From NCBI GenBank assembly GCA_964016885.1, contig OZ024745.1, positions 26,846,001-26,910,000 on the forward strand: a DNA stretch of 64,000 nucleotides, given 5' to 3'. Positions 42,567 to 56,592 of the stretch are shown piece by piece; within the stretch, counting starts at the first letter, position 1, and the number at the start of each line of letters is the position of its first letter. The DNA comes from Eledone cirrhosa. Its lineage: Eukaryota. The notes below the pieces were generated by a model. That model saw only the letters and a list, made by a program, of their open reading frames with translations, was not told the DNA's origin and made no database searches. A program made the translations under genes and the position numbers.

Positions 42567-42699
42567 AGAAGAAGAAGAAGAAGAAGAAGAAGAAGAAGAA
42601 GAAGAAGAAGACGACGACGACGACGACGACGACGAAGAAGAAGAAGAAGAAGAAGAAGAAGAAGAAGACGACGACGACGACGACGACGAAGAAGAAGAA

Positions 42700-42752
<53 letters not shown>

Positions 42753-42768
42753 AGAAGAAGAAGAAGAA

Positions 42769-42806
<38 letters not shown>

Positions 42807-43410
42807 AGAAGAAGAAGAAGAAGAAGAAGAAGAAGACGACGACGACGACGACGACGACGACGAAGAAGAAGAAGAAGAAGAAGAAGAAGAAGAAGAAGAC
42901 GACGACGAAGAAGAAGAAGAAGAAGAAGAAGAAGAAGAAGAAGAAGACGACGACGACGACGACGACGAAGAAGAAGAAGAAGAAGAAGAAGACGACGACG
43001 ACGACGACGACGACGAAGAAGAAGAAGAAGACGACGAAGAAGAAGAAGAAGAAGAAGAAGAAGAAGAAGAAGAAGAAGAAGAAGAAGACGACGACGACGA
43101 CGACGACGAAGAAGACGAAGAAGAAGAAGAAGAAGAAGAAGAAGAAGAAGAAGAAGAAGAAGAAGAAGAAGAAGAAGAAGAAGAAGAAGAAGAAGAAGAA
43201 GAAGACGACGACGACGACGACGACGACGACGAAGAAGAAGAAGAAGAAGAAGAAGAAGAAGAAGAAGAAGAAGACGACGACGACGAAGAAGAAGATGAAG
43301 AAGAAGAAGAAGAAGAAGAAGAAGAAGAAGAAGAAGAAGAAGAAGAAGACGACGACGACGACGACGACGAAGAAGAAGAAGAAGAAGAAGAAGAAGAAGA
43401 AGAAGAAGAA

Positions 43411-43448
<38 letters not shown>

Positions 43449-43573
43449 AGAAGAAGAAGAAGAAGAAAAAGAAGAAGAAGAAGAAGAAGAAGAAGAAGAA
43501 GAAGAAGAAGAAGAAGAAGAAGAAGAAGAAGAAGAAGAAGACGACGACGATGACGACGAAGAAGAAGAAGAAG
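37225..43573. repeat. Compound (GAA)n/(GAC)n trinucleotide array of about 6.3 kb
   Basis: Alternating runs of GAA and GAC; contains an assembly gap. Confidence 0.97.
39759..39958. other. Assembly gap (200 N)
   Basis: Run of N. Confidence 1.
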
Positions 43574-43870
43574 AGTTTATGGTGATGAAAACGACAATAA
43601 GGTGGGGGAGTGAGAAGCTGGGGGAGAGGAGGAGGTCGACGTGGTTATATACAGGTTCTATATGAGTATGTATATATTAACAGTCTAGAAACAATTCTGT
43701 TTATGCTTATGTCCTTTTTTTTTATTAACTTAGCAGTTCGAGAAATAGAGATCGATAAAATATAAGTCTGTGATCAATACGACTAAAATTCAATGTGGCT
43801 GTTGGCTGATGTTCTGATAGTGTTGCAAAGATAGCTGTAACTGAAATATTTGATATAAAATATAGATTAC

Positions 43871-43950
<80 letters not shown>

Positions 43951-43956
<6 letters not shown>

Positions 43957-44246
43957 TAACAGATTAAAGTTTAAGCAAAGAATCGCTGCTTTCACCCTTA
44001 ACGGGATCTTCTGAAACTAAAAAAGTCAATCTGTAAACGCAGAAGTAAATATTTCAAAAAACGTTGCAACCGGAGGAAGACAGGAAGACGATACTTTGGT
44101 TCGTGGAAACGTAGCAGCGATTCTTTGCTTAAACTTTAATCTGTTATTTTAATAAATATTTGCTCTACGGTTCTTATATATTTGATATATATTTATCCTT
44201 ATCGAGCCCTCTTTGGATTTTAGTCTTCAAATTTATTATTATTACT
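43951..44246. mobile_element. Asymmetric fold-back element, family B
   Basis: Arms 43951-43990 and 44113-44152 plus a tail. Pieces of the same family occur at 3906-3960 and 4441-4515; flanked by (TA)n. Confidence 0.7.
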
Positions 44247-44355
44247 ATATATATATATATATATATAAGTTGAAATAAAATGAAAACGAAATTTCATTTC
44301 TCACTCTTAGTACGGCACTTACTTAAATGTAAGTATGTGCGTATACACACATACT

Positions 44356-44387
<32 letters not shown>

Positions 44388-44394
<7 letters not shown>

Positions 44395-44760
44395 GTGAAC
44401 AACACAAAATATGACTACTCCATTACCAAAGGTTTCTGGATCCCAGACAATAATAATATACGTCTGGATCGGTCGTTAGACAGAGATGTTATGGATAAAA
44501 GATATGAAATGTGATTTAAAATCTGTTAAAAATTTTAACAGATTTTAAATTTTAACAGATTTTAAATCACATTTCATATCTTTTACCCATAACATCTCTG
44601 TCTAACGACCGATCCAGACGTATATTATTATTATCTGGGATCCAGAAACCTTTGGTAATGGAGTAGTTATATTTTGTGTTGTTCACTTTCTAATTAAATA
44701 GCTCTGTTCTATACATAGAGCACTTCTTTGTCCTTTGCTTTTCCTTCAGAATTACCTAAC
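44388..44760. mobile_element. Asymmetric fold-back element with degenerate HHR
   Basis: Inverted arms of about 144 bp (44388-44531 and 44550-44693) plus a tail of about 67 bp. Flanked by (TA)n. Confidence 0.75.
44596..44663 (+). ncRNA. Degenerate hammerhead motif (core CTAACGA), mirrored in the left arm
   Basis: CTCTGT-CTAACGA-cc-GATCCAGA...TCTGGGATC-ca-GAAA-CCtttGG-TA-ATGGAG. The G5-to-A change probably inactivates it. Confidence 0.45.
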
Positions 44761-44850
44761 ATATATAGATATATAGATATAGATATATATATGGGGGGGG
44801 GGTATGAATGCGCGTATACATGCGTGTATGCATGTATGTATATACATATA

Positions 44851-44946
44851 TACGTGGGTCGGCTGAAAAGTTTATAGGTTCAAAGGTTCAAAGGCTGACC
44901 AAGATACTCTCATGGAATGACCAAATGAGGTTTATTTTCAACATAG
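44851..44946 (+). mobile_element. Mariner-like transposon terminal fragment
   Basis: Starts TA-CGTGGGTCGGCTGAAAAGTT, resembling mariner TIRs (TACGAGGG..GCTGAAAAGTT). No partner TIR or transposase is visible. Confidence 0.5.
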
Positions 44947-45736
44947 AGCCTGGAAAGAAATAATGCAATTATTAATAAGAAGATTTGAAATTTTGCATGC
45001 AATATTTCACAGCTCTAGCATGACGCCTGTGATTTTTTCAGCCTACATTCGTATACAAATAGTGTCTCGCACCCTCAAAAAGATGAGCTGGAAAACCATA
45101 TTTCAACTGAGACTATACTCGCAATTTCAAGATGGAGACTTCCTTTTGTGGCTTCCAGTTCATGTAAATTAAGCAAGGGAGAGAACTGGCTTGGTATGAA
45201 TTGATCCAAGCTTTTTGTCACAATTTTATACAATGAAATCAGACATTGTCTATAAGCCAACTTGGTGAAAGTAACAGATATGTTTCAATCTTAATAGATC
45301 TCCTCAGCTAATTACATCCACTGAGGGAGTTGGTTACACTACAATAGACAATATACATATGTGTGTGTATGTGTGCCTTTATATGTGTGTGCCTTTATAT
45401 GTGCATGTGTTTGTATGTACGTCTGTATATATGTCTGTATATATATATACATATATATGTGTTTGTGTATGTCCATACCTACACGTTGACACGCATAAAG
45501 GTTTATAGTGTGTTCGTGCGCGCGTGTGTGTATTTGTGTATGTGCGTGTGTATGTGTAGCTGTGTGTCTGTGCGTCTGTATGTGTGTGTGTGTCTCTCTC
45601 TCTCTCTATTTCTTTCTCTCTCTCTCTCTTTCTGCGTGTGCGTGTGCATGTGTGTATGTGTGTGTCTCTCTCTCTCTCTGCATGTGCGTGTGTGTATGTG
45701 TGTGTGTGTGTCTGCCTGTCTCTCTCTCTCCCTCTT

Positions 45737-45784
<48 letters not shown>

Positions 45785-46165
45785 TCTCTCTCTCTTACTC
45801 TCTCTCTCTCTCCCTCTCTCTCTCTCTCTCTTTCTCTCTCTCTGTATATGTACTGTGTCAAGCTATTATTCTCACTGTTGTTCTTTTCATGTTTTCTTGT
45901 CCATGAATAGTTTGATAACACTATTTAAGAAATGTGATATAATTTGAAAAAAAAACATTTCTTCTTATTTTCCTTTTTTCTATTTCTCTTTACTATTTTT
46001 GTCATTGCTATTGCTATTGCTGTTGTTGTTGTTTTCGTCTCCAAGACTGCAGGTGGGCTTGAGTTCGATTCCCAGCTGGTGTCATTAAATTTCCCACATT
46101 GAATCCTTTTTTTCTCTCATGACGATAACATCTTCTGTAACTTCTAGAGTAAAAGAAATTTAATC

Positions 46166-46524
46166 ATGTTTATTTTGTTGCCGTTGATGTTGATGTTATT
46201 GGTGTTGTTGTTGCTGTTATTGTTGTTATTGATGTTGTTGTTGTTGTTTAATTATCTCATGTTGCTTTTGGTGTTGCTGTCATTGTTGTTGTTGTGTCGT
46301 TATTGTTGTTGTTGCTGTGTTGTTATTGTTGTTGTTGCTGTTGCTGTGTTGTTGTTGTTGCTGTGTTGTTATTGTTGTTGTTGTTATGTTGTTATTGTTG
46401 TTGCTGTGTTGTTGTTGCTGCTGTGTTGTTATTGTTGTTGTTGTTTCTGTGTTGTTGTTGTTGCCGTGTTGTTATTGTTGTTGTTGTTGCTCTGTTGTTA
46501 TTGTTGTTGTAGTTGCTGTGTTGG

Positions 46525-46557
<33 letters not shown>

Positions 46558-47068
46558 ATTATCTCATGTCGCTTTTATTTATGTTGTTGTTGCTAGTGTT
46601 GTTGTTGTTTATTATCTCATGTTCCTGCTGTTGTTTGTTATTGATGTTGTTGCTGTTGTTGTTATTGTTATTGTTGTTGCTAGTGTTGTTGTTGTTTATT
46701 AGCTCATGTTCCTGGTGTTGTTTATTATTGATGTTGTTGCTGTTGTTGTTTTTGTTGTTGTTTAATTATCTCATGTTGCTATTGCTGTTATTGTTGTTGT
46801 TTAATGATCTCATGTTGTTGTTGTTATTGCTGTTGCTATTGCTCTTGTTGTTTAATTATCTCACGTTGATATCGTTATTGTTGTTGTTGTTCTTGTTGTT
46901 TTACTACAGATTTGTTTCTGTTTTTCATTTAATTTTTAAAGTTTTGTTTTTAATCCGTTCCTTTCTCATCTTGTTCATGTCTCCGTACATGTTTTATTCG
47001 TACATTATATGCTTGTTATGTTGTTACGTTGTTGTTATTGTTGCTGTTGTTTGACTGGTGTTATGTTG

Positions 47069-47101
<33 letters not shown>

Positions 47102-47162
47102 TGTTGTTGTTGTTGCTGTTGTTGTTGCTGCTGCTGCTGTTGTTGATGTTGTTGTTGCTGTT

Positions 47163-47197
<35 letters not shown>

Positions 47198-47312
47198 TGT
47201 TGTTGCTGTTGTTGTTTTTGCTGCTGTTGTTGTTGTTGTTGCTGTTGTTGTTGCTGCTGTTGTTGTTGTTGTTGTTGTTGCTGTTGTTGTTGCTGTTGTT
47301 GTTGTTGTTGCT

Positions 47313-47343
<31 letters not shown>

Positions 47344-47473
47344 TTGCTGCTGTTGTTGCTGCTGCTGTTGTTGTTGTTGTTGCTGTTGTTGTTGTTGCTG
47401 TTGTTGTTGTTGTTGCTGTTGGTGTTGTTGTTGTTGTTCCTGCTGTTGTTGCTGCTGCTGTTGTTGTTGTTGT

Positions 47474-47505
<32 letters not shown>

Positions 47506-47519
47506 TGGTTGCTGCTGTT

Positions 47520-47550
<31 letters not shown>

Positions 47551-47640
47551 TTGTTGCTGTTGTTATTGTTGCTGCTGTTGTTGTTGTTGTTGCTGTTGTT
47601 GTTATTGCTGCTGTTGTTGTTGTTGTTGATGATGATGATG
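46166..47640. repeat. (GTT/GCT)n low-complexity tract with recurring tttaattatctcatgtt motif
   Basis: Directly visible in the sequence. Confidence 0.9.
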
Positions 47641-48474
47641 TTGGTAGTGGTGATAGTAATGGTGTTGATGGTTGATGTGCGAGTGGTCACTGTTGTTGTT
47701 GGTGTTGTTCTTGGTAGTGTTCATGATGATGACAATGTTGGTGGTGGTGGTGGTGGTGCTGATATTGAAGATGGTGGTGTTGGTGGTGGTAGTGGTGGTG
47801 GTGGTGGTGGTGCTTGTGGTGCTGATATTGAAGATGGTGGTGTTGTTGGTCGTGGTGGTGGTGCTGATGGTGTGGATATTGAAGGTGGTGGTATTGGTGG
47901 TGGTCGTGTTGGTGGTGGTGGTGCTGATGGTGTTGATATTGAAGATGGTGGTGTTGGTGGTGGTGGTAGTGGTGGTGGTGGTGGTGGTGGTGGTGGTGGT
48001 GGTGGTGGTGGTGGTGGTGGTGGTGGTGGTGGTGGTGGTGGTGGTGGTGCTGATGGTGTTGATATTGAAGATGGTGGTGTTGGTGGTGGTGGTAGTGGTG
48101 GTGGTGGTGATAGTGGTGGTGCTGATGGTGTTGATATTGAAGATGGTGGTGTTGGTGGTGGTGGTAGTGGTGGTAGTGGTGGTGGTGGTGGTAGTGGTGG
48201 TGGTGGTGATAGTGGTGGTGGTGCTGATGGTGTTGATATTGAAGATGGTGGTGGTGGTGGTGGTGGTGGTGGTGGTGGTGGTGGTGGTGGTGGTGGTGGT
48301 GGCGGTGGTGGTGGTGGTGGTGGTGATGCTGATGGTGCTGATGGTGCTGATATTGAAGATGGTGGTGTTGGTGGTGGTCGTGGTGGTGGTGATGCTGATG
48401 GTGCTGATGGTGCTGATATTGAAGATGGTGGTGTTGGTGGTGGTAGTGGTGGTGGCGGTGGTGGTGCTGTTGCT

Positions 48475-48505
<31 letters not shown>

Positions 48506-49105
48506 ACGGTGTTGGTGGTGGTGGTAGTAGTGGTGCTGATGATGATGATGTTGGTGGTGGTGTCTGTTGTTGTTGTTGTTGTTGTACCGTATTACACGTA
48601 GAAAGTACAGAGCGGTGTGTGGTGTTCTGATTGTTGAAGTTGTTCTTGATGTTGTTGTTACTGATGGGGAGGGGGGGCATGGTGTGCTAGAGTGGTTCTT
48701 CTTATGTAAATGTTTCTAATTGCCTTATATAAAAAGTTATGGTTGTTGTTGGTGGGTGAGGGGAATGGGGGGGTAATGGTTGGGGGTAATGGTAGTGATG
48801 GTGGTAGTGGTGGTAATAGTGGTGGTAGTGGTGGTGGTGGTGGTGGCGGTGGTGATAGTGGTGATAGTGGTGGTGGTGGTGATAGTAGTGGTGGTGGTGG
48901 TGGTGGTGGTAATAGTGGTGACAGTGGTGGTGGTGGTGGTGGTGGCGGTGGTGGTGATAGTGGTGGTGGTGATGGCGGTGGTGGTGATAGTGGTGGTGGT
49001 GATGGCGGTGGTGGTGATAGTAGTGATAGTGGTGGTGGTGGTGGTGGTGGTGGTGGTGGTGGTGGTGGTGGTGGTGGTGGTGGTGGATATAGTGGTGATA
49101 GTGAT
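47640..49105. repeat. (GGT)n tract with recurring gctgatggtgttgatattgaagat and gatagt motifs
   Basis: Directly visible in the sequence. Confidence 0.9.
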
Positions 49106-49763
49106 GGACATCATATGGAACAACATTATCCAATGTTTAAGGTGGCAGAGTATGATTTGGAGAGGATTTAGTTTCTATCTCTAGTAAGTCTAATGATTGC
49201 ACAAGGCTTCCTCGTTGATTAGTTGTTGAACTAAATTTGCATTACTCTTACTTACTCATCTATCGATCGACAAGATCCCTGACATCATTCGCTTACCGAG
49301 AGGGGTGGAGCTCGACAAATCGGATCGAAGTTTCCATTCGTCTTTCTAATTACTAATACTATCTATCGGTTTTAAATCCAGGTAGAAGGATCAACGTGAA
49401 AGAAAGTGTCTTGCTCAAGGTCATAACGTATCATCCTGTCTGAGAACCGAACTCACAACCTCACGATTGCGAATCAAATTCTCTAACCACTCAGCCACGT
49501 GTCTTATTTATTTAGATTTTAGAGTCTGATTATTTTCAAGTAAAGCATTATCTAATATGCCATTTCCATTTTTTAAAGATTGGAGGGCATTTAATTAAGT
49601 TATTTTACATTCCAGTTTCGAAGACCTCCTGGGATCAATTTTTTTTTAAAGATTCGGGGGTGATTTAATTCCTATTTCAAGAAAGCTGAGTGACTGCCTA
49701 GAAGCTTCTATATAGATCAGAATATTAGTAATGGAAGTTGTTGTTATTATCGTTATGTTGTAG

Positions 49764-49982
49764 GGTGATGGGCTGACTGAATCATTAGATCGTCAAATAA
49801 AGGCGTAGAAGGTTTGTTCCGGCCCTTTACGTTCTGAGTCCAAACCCCAACGAGGTCAACATTGCATTTCATCATCCCAAGGTCAATAAAATAAAGTACA
49901 AGCTAAGTACTAGGTCGATGTACTCTACTTTCCCTTTTCACCCCAAAATTGCTGGCCTTGTGCTAATGTTAGAAAGAATTAT
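49764..49982 (+). mobile_element. SINE-1-related, diverged
   Basis: Degenerate head, central domain and tail ttgctggccttgtgc. Confidence 0.7.
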
Positions 49983-50211
49983 TATCGTTGCGTCGTTGTC
50001 AACGTTGTTATTATTGTTGTTGTTGTCGTCGTCGTCATTGTTGTTGTTGTCTCAGTTCCCAAACACATCGAAATACTGACATAGATCTTAACTTATTCCC
50101 GTCAGCAGTGTGTCGCCGTTATCGCTGGGAATGGAGTTTGCCAACCTTTATCTCCCTTAGTGATATCTATGTATGTACTTGTACGTGATTGTGAATCTGT
50201 ATGTGTATGTT

Positions 50212-50254
<43 letters not shown>

Positions 50255-50260
50255 TCGCAC

Positions 50261-50308
<48 letters not shown>

Positions 50309-50450
50309 TGTATGTATACAAATACACCTAAAGTGTCTGTGTGTTTGTATATTTGTATATTTGTATATTTATATATATATATATGCCCGCGTGTATATGT
50401 CTATGGTGTAAGTGAACATGTATAGGTCAGTAACTGGCTGTTTGAATATA

Positions 50451-50535
<85 letters not shown>

Positions 50536-53349
50536 TTGGGTGTATTTGGGTGTGTTTATAGTGTGTCTATGCACGCAGTGGGTTTTAGTTGGGAATGAAA
50601 GAGAAATTGGGTAAGTTCTACACCTACACCACCCTCATCACCACCCGTTATCCTCTCTATCAGTTCATTTGATCACGCTCATGTACCTTGATAATTCAGA
50701 CAATCAAAAATTATGTCTCCAGCAATGACACGAGGATCACGAAGGTTATAGTTTTGCAGCCTTAAATAGTTAGCCAACAGGAAGCCACCGCATCACACCA
50801 CCATGATAAAAATAAGCAAACTTATTTATATAAATAAGAATAAAGAATAACAAAATTAAGTAAAGAAACATAAAGTGTACGCCTTGTTATGAACCCATGG
50901 TGATATTTTTAAAGTAACACATTTTTGGTTCTCACATGATATAAAGAACTATGAAAGTGTCAAAATTGAAATGATGCGATGCTAAAAGTGCCATAACAAT
51001 TAGAATTAAATGTAACTTATATACGTATATGTATTTATTAATTTCCCTCACTCAAACCCCTAAATTCATTTTTTTAATATTTATTTATATATGTTATTTT
51101 TATTTTTCATTTACTAAACTAACTGCGTGGTAATATATTTTTGTTTTTACTTATGTTGTCTGATAAAATCTGTTAACAAGGCGGAAGTAAGCTTTTGCTT
51201 GTAATAGTATTAATAATCCGTGAACCAAACACTTAAACGTTTTTATGAACAGATAGAGTCGATTGAACCACTCCTTCAGTACATGACTGGTACTTATCGT
51301 CACCAGAGAGTTGAAAGACAAAACAAATGTGGGCAGACTTTAAACTCAGAACTACTGTAAGGTATTTCCGGGGAGTTAGCTCCTCTTGTTAGAGATATTA
51401 GCTACAACATGGGTGAATTGTTAACGCGGTCTATGTTTGATTCCACTGCGTAATATTTTCAGTAAATGTATTTTACCGTAGTCTCGGGTTGACCCAAGCC
51501 ATGTGAATGAAAATGAGTACATAGAAGCTCATCGAATGAATTAAACCTATAATTTAAAAGTATAGCAACTTTTATGATGATTCTGCCTGAGAATTCCGTT
51601 CAGGGTACACGTGTTTAAAAGTAAAATCACACACGGGGGAGATTAGAATATAAAACTTAGAGTAACGAAAGATTAATTACGGTGGCTTTCCTTTCTCAAT
51701 AATCATTATAAATAATGGTTTCTGATTTAGGTACAAGGCCTGCAAATTTTGTGGGAGGGGAAAGTCGATTAGATCGATTCCAGTGCGTGACTGGTACTCT
51801 ATTTTATCGACCCCGTTCAATATAATAAAAGTAACATCCAGATCTTCCTTAAATTTCATACTACCATTTATAGAAAAGGAAGGTCGTGTTGAATAGTGTA
51901 GTCTTAGATCCACTATTCCTGAAAACAATATAACTAGAAAGACTTTGATCATAGGTCAATTCAATCAGGGTTGACCTTAGGCTAAAGAATTATTTGTCAA
52001 CAACAAGAATGTCATAGCCTTTGTTGTTTTTTCTTTTCGCATTTAAGTTATACAATTTCGTAAAGATTGTGCTGGAAAAGCAAACAACACAACCATAGCA
52101 AGTGTTTTAAGGTTATTTCCCTGATAATTGAACCCATTGCAGACTTTATAGTCATCATGGAGGGCCTTGTGAAGCAACGTTTTAAAACGAAATGCACTAA
52201 CCATTTTAGTCACTTCTTATGACATGCAAAAATACTATTTTAAACCGAATACCTACAGTTTCTTGGTAAAGCAAACTCCCAATCCATTCTCATACTTACC
52301 GTCTCCAATCTAAATGCCAGCAATTATTATACTCTCCAAACTACAACTACCACCGGGAGCTATTCACTATTCCTCGTTATCCATTAAAAATATGTCTCAA
52401 TTCCTGTCCCGCTAAGTTCATTAACCCCAGGGATTTTAGTACACTAACTCCTGAATTTTGCACCTTACCCAATAAAACACTACTAACGGAAATGTTGAAT
52501 TGACTGTGATTCTAAAATGTCTGTACCAGTAAATATTTTTATTTCTCATATTTTTTTTTATTGATATATTGTTTTTCAAATAGTTATCTACATCGATATC
52601 CCTCGTCTTGGAGGATCTACAGATGCCATCGTCACAGTGACCCCTCCTTTAAATAATTAATAAGAAGAAATCAGGAATATTGTCAAGGTATGAATGTAAA
52701 ACAATATATGATTCTATCTTTAGATGAGACATTGAAAATAATTTCTTTTTCTCCTCGTATTTACGATATTTTAGTCCCCTAACTCGGTTAAGAAGGATAT
52801 TTGAAAGTTAACCATAAATCTTATCATCAATGTCTTCAATAATGAACGGTATAACTTAGCTTTTTGTGTAATAAGAATATTCATAAAATCGTTATAACTG
52901 ACGCTTTTATATCGGCTACTGAAGTTTCATTAGAGAATAATAGTTAAAGGTAGCACCCATGTCTTTTCGTGGGCGTCCATGATTGTAGTGCAGTAGGTGA
53001 TCATATACCCATAACTTATAAGTTATCCTCAGCAGATTTGAGACTTAGTCCGAGTACTTGCAAATGGGTTGACTCTACTAAAGTCACCCAAAGGCCAGGT
53101 AGATTTAGTCCGACAAACTCTCACAGTTTTTGTCCACCTAATAACACTCACAAAGCTTCAATTAACCCAAAGAACAGGCAGAGTTTATCTGACCCTCTCA
53201 TAGATTTTATCTACCCGATAGCACTCACAATGCTTGAATTGAACTGGGGCTAAGGTAGAAGACATTGGTTCACGGTTTTGCAGAACGGGATTGCGAAGAG
53301 AAAGTCTTAACAACACGATTATATCTTAAACTCTTGTATTATACATAAT

Positions 53350-53537
53350 TGTTTCTACTTTAGGCACAAGGCCAGCAATTACCCAGTGCATTACTGGTAC
53401 TTTTATTTTATCGACCCCGTAAGGATGAAAAGCAAAGTCAACCTCGGCGGGATTTGAACTCAGATCGTAAAGGGACGTAACTATGCTGGAAAGCATGGCG
53501 TCCGACCCTCTACCGATACTGCCAATCCACCGCCCTT
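53350..53537 (-). mobile_element. SINE-1, full length
   Basis: Same consensus on the reverse strand. 16-bp TSD TTGTATTATACATAAT at 53334-53349 and 53538-53553. Confidence 0.9.
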
Positions 53538-53723
53538 TTGTATTATACATAATGTCATATCTTACTTAATATAATGATATAAGAATGTTAATGCCATGAT
53601 AGTCCTTGACATCTTGAGATAGAGATAATTAAAATTAACGTGAAATAATATAATTATATACAGATATTAAAATAAGTATCTGCATGAAACTCCATTTGTG
53701 TGTGTATGTGAGAGAGGTTGAGA

Positions 53724-53754
<31 letters not shown>

Positions 53755-54517
53755 GGACAGGGTTGTTGTATTCATGTGTGTGTATGTGTACAATTGCATC
53801 TATTTGCAAATATATGGGCGTTTGTGTATATGAATAGACATATATATATGTGTAGGCGTGTGTATATAAGAACGGTGATGTGTACACATATATGCACGTA
53901 GAAAGCAAACTATTTTATAGCAAGGTCATTAACAAATTATTTTTAGTGGATTTCTGATTTGATTTAATTCTCTATGGAAATTAAGAATTATCTTTCTTGG
54001 TGGTCTGACCCTATATCGATTGCATTTTAATTTATTATCAGTTTATAACATTAGTTTAGGTTAATTCAATTTGATCCCATTTGCCATCTCTCTCTCTCAA
54101 CGAAAGATATTCACTTGTTGCACACGGAAGCTGATGTCACACATGCGGAACCAGTGCAACGTGTCATCACGTTTGTTTTATCCTGTCTGTGCATCAAAAA
54201 CAATTGAAGGGGAAAAAAAGATTTTTCTCACTTTTATACCAAATGTTTTTATTATTTTTTCGTTTATTCATGTTTTCTATAGCAAGTCTGGTAATGTTGA
54301 TGATTAGCGCATGTAACCTGAGACAACCCTAAGTTCGGTTCCGGGCTACAACTATATCAGATTCTTTTATAGTATTATGTGGAGAGGCATGAATATCATA
54401 ACTCCTATTTAAGCAATTTCTCCTATCAATAGAGAGTTTCACAAAGTAGGTTACCAGAGATTACAAGGCTACACGAAAAGAATTCTTTTAATAAAATTTA
54501 TTAAAGATTTACTACAC

Positions 54518-54643
<126 letters not shown>

Positions 54644-55449
54644 CAAATAGTAGAAAATGTATATATAATTTTACTCTTTCACTGATTTTAGTCATTAGTC
54701 AGTGGCCATACTTAGGGTAAGCTATATACATTTATGTTTAGTTACCGACCGTGGCTGTGTAACCATAGATATTCTCTGTTTATGTATAAATATCTTCATT
54801 TCACTGAGGGATCAGTGTAGGTATGAACTAGAATCCTTCTTGGAACCCTAACTACGCATCAGGTGTCCAATACGCCGAAACCATAGCCATTACTGAGCAC
54901 CAGAATCCCACTGAATAAAAGAGACCACCGAATTGTTCCAGTACTTTGGGCAAGATCGTATTCACAGTCCCTGCTTCCAATTTGTGTCTTTATTTATTTA
55001 TATTCCTCATCAAAATACTACAATACTCACACTTTACCTTCGGGTGGCTTTTCCCTCCACTAGCTTCTTTTTCTCTATCTCACTTTTTCTTCCATCTTTA
55101 TCACACCCCCCTCCCCCCCTCTCTCTTTCTTTTCTTTTACTTAGTGTTTTTAATAATGTAAAAGACAATAATTTAGCCTCCGCCTTATTTAATATCTGTC
55201 TCTCTCAATCTATCTATCTAACTATCCTCTCTCTCTCTCTCTCTCGTCTACACCCTCTCCTTATTCTCTCTATCCACATATACTTCTCTTCTTATTTTTA
55301 CAGATATCTCCTCGATTACATTTTTATGCTTCCAGTTATTTAATTTTAAACTTCTCTGTAACTTCTTTTTTCCTCATCCTTCTCACAAATCCCACTTTAT
55401 TCTGTCTTTCTCACAATTCCTCCTGTGTCTCCGTATCTCTCTATCTCTC

Positions 55450-55516
<67 letters not shown>

Positions 55517-56161
55517 TCTCCCTCTCTCTCTTTCTCTCTCTCATTATCTTTCACTTTATCGAACTTAAATTCATTCTCTGGGTGTATACTATTTATATCC
55601 CATATTACACCATATTTCCCTCTTAAAAAATTAAATTGCTTTTCTCTCTCTCCCGCAAATTCAATTTCTTCACCATCTATTTTTCTGATTTCTTCTCTCC
55701 TTCAGCTCTTATCTCCCCCCCTCTCCTCTCTCTCCTTCTTTCTCTTTGGTTCTACTCACTTTCTATCACTATTCCCCTCGTTACCTCTACTTTAAAATAC
55801 ATTTTATTTTGTTTGGTTCTGTTGTCTTTAGGCAAGGTTTGTTTCTGTTTCTCTCTGTTTACACTTAAACACTCATATAAATATACAGATGTGTATATAT
55901 AGCTTTTGGATGCACACTCTGAACAAAGAGTACTCAATAATTGTAGAATAGTTAACTTATTCGTCCAAAACTGAAAATTCCCATGCACACTGACCCGTAG
56001 TTTCTCATGTGTATGTGTTTATTCAAAAGACGGGTAGCTTCAGTTGAAATTTAAATGTATATATATATATATATAACGGCGATGAAGTATAACAATATAT
56101 ATATATATATTCCAATTCCAACCCACACCCGTCCCCTCAATCTATCTTATTTCTCATTCTT

Positions 56162-56197
56162 TCTTCTGATGAAGGACTAGCGTCCGAAATGTTAAGA
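56162..56197 (+). ncRNA. Minimal type I hammerhead motif in a PLE-like 3' end between (TA)n tracts
   Basis: TCTT-CTGATGA-A-GGAC(tagc)GTCC-GAAA-tg-TT-AAGA. Confidence 0.75.
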
Positions 56198-56314
56198 CCA
56201 TCTTCACTGCTATATCAAGCGTTAACCTAATATATCCCTTCTATATATATATGTACCGATTGTGTTGTTATTTCTGTTTACCTTTTACATATATATTATA
56301 TATATATATATATA

Positions 56315-56410
<96 letters not shown>

Positions 56411-56556
56411 TATCAGTGATGCTGAGAACCGAGGAGACCACTAATGTTGGGATTATTCCCCTGCATGGAGAAATACAGAGTGGGTATAGAGATATGTAAA
56501 ATATTGAATGCGGCGCCAAGCCGAAACCCGCCGCAGTCGGGATTTTTACATATATA

Positions 56557-56592
<36 letters not shown>

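Noticed and set aside
37114-43585. Very long poly-S/K/R/T/E/D ORFs
   Set aside because: These arise from a stop-free triplet microsatellite spanning an assembly gap, with no coding context.
47029-48680. Gly/Asp-rich (GADGVDIEDGG) or Pro-rich ORF resembling a structural protein
   Set aside because: It is embedded in and continuous with GTT/GGT microsatellite, open in multiple frames, with no credible start or splice sites.
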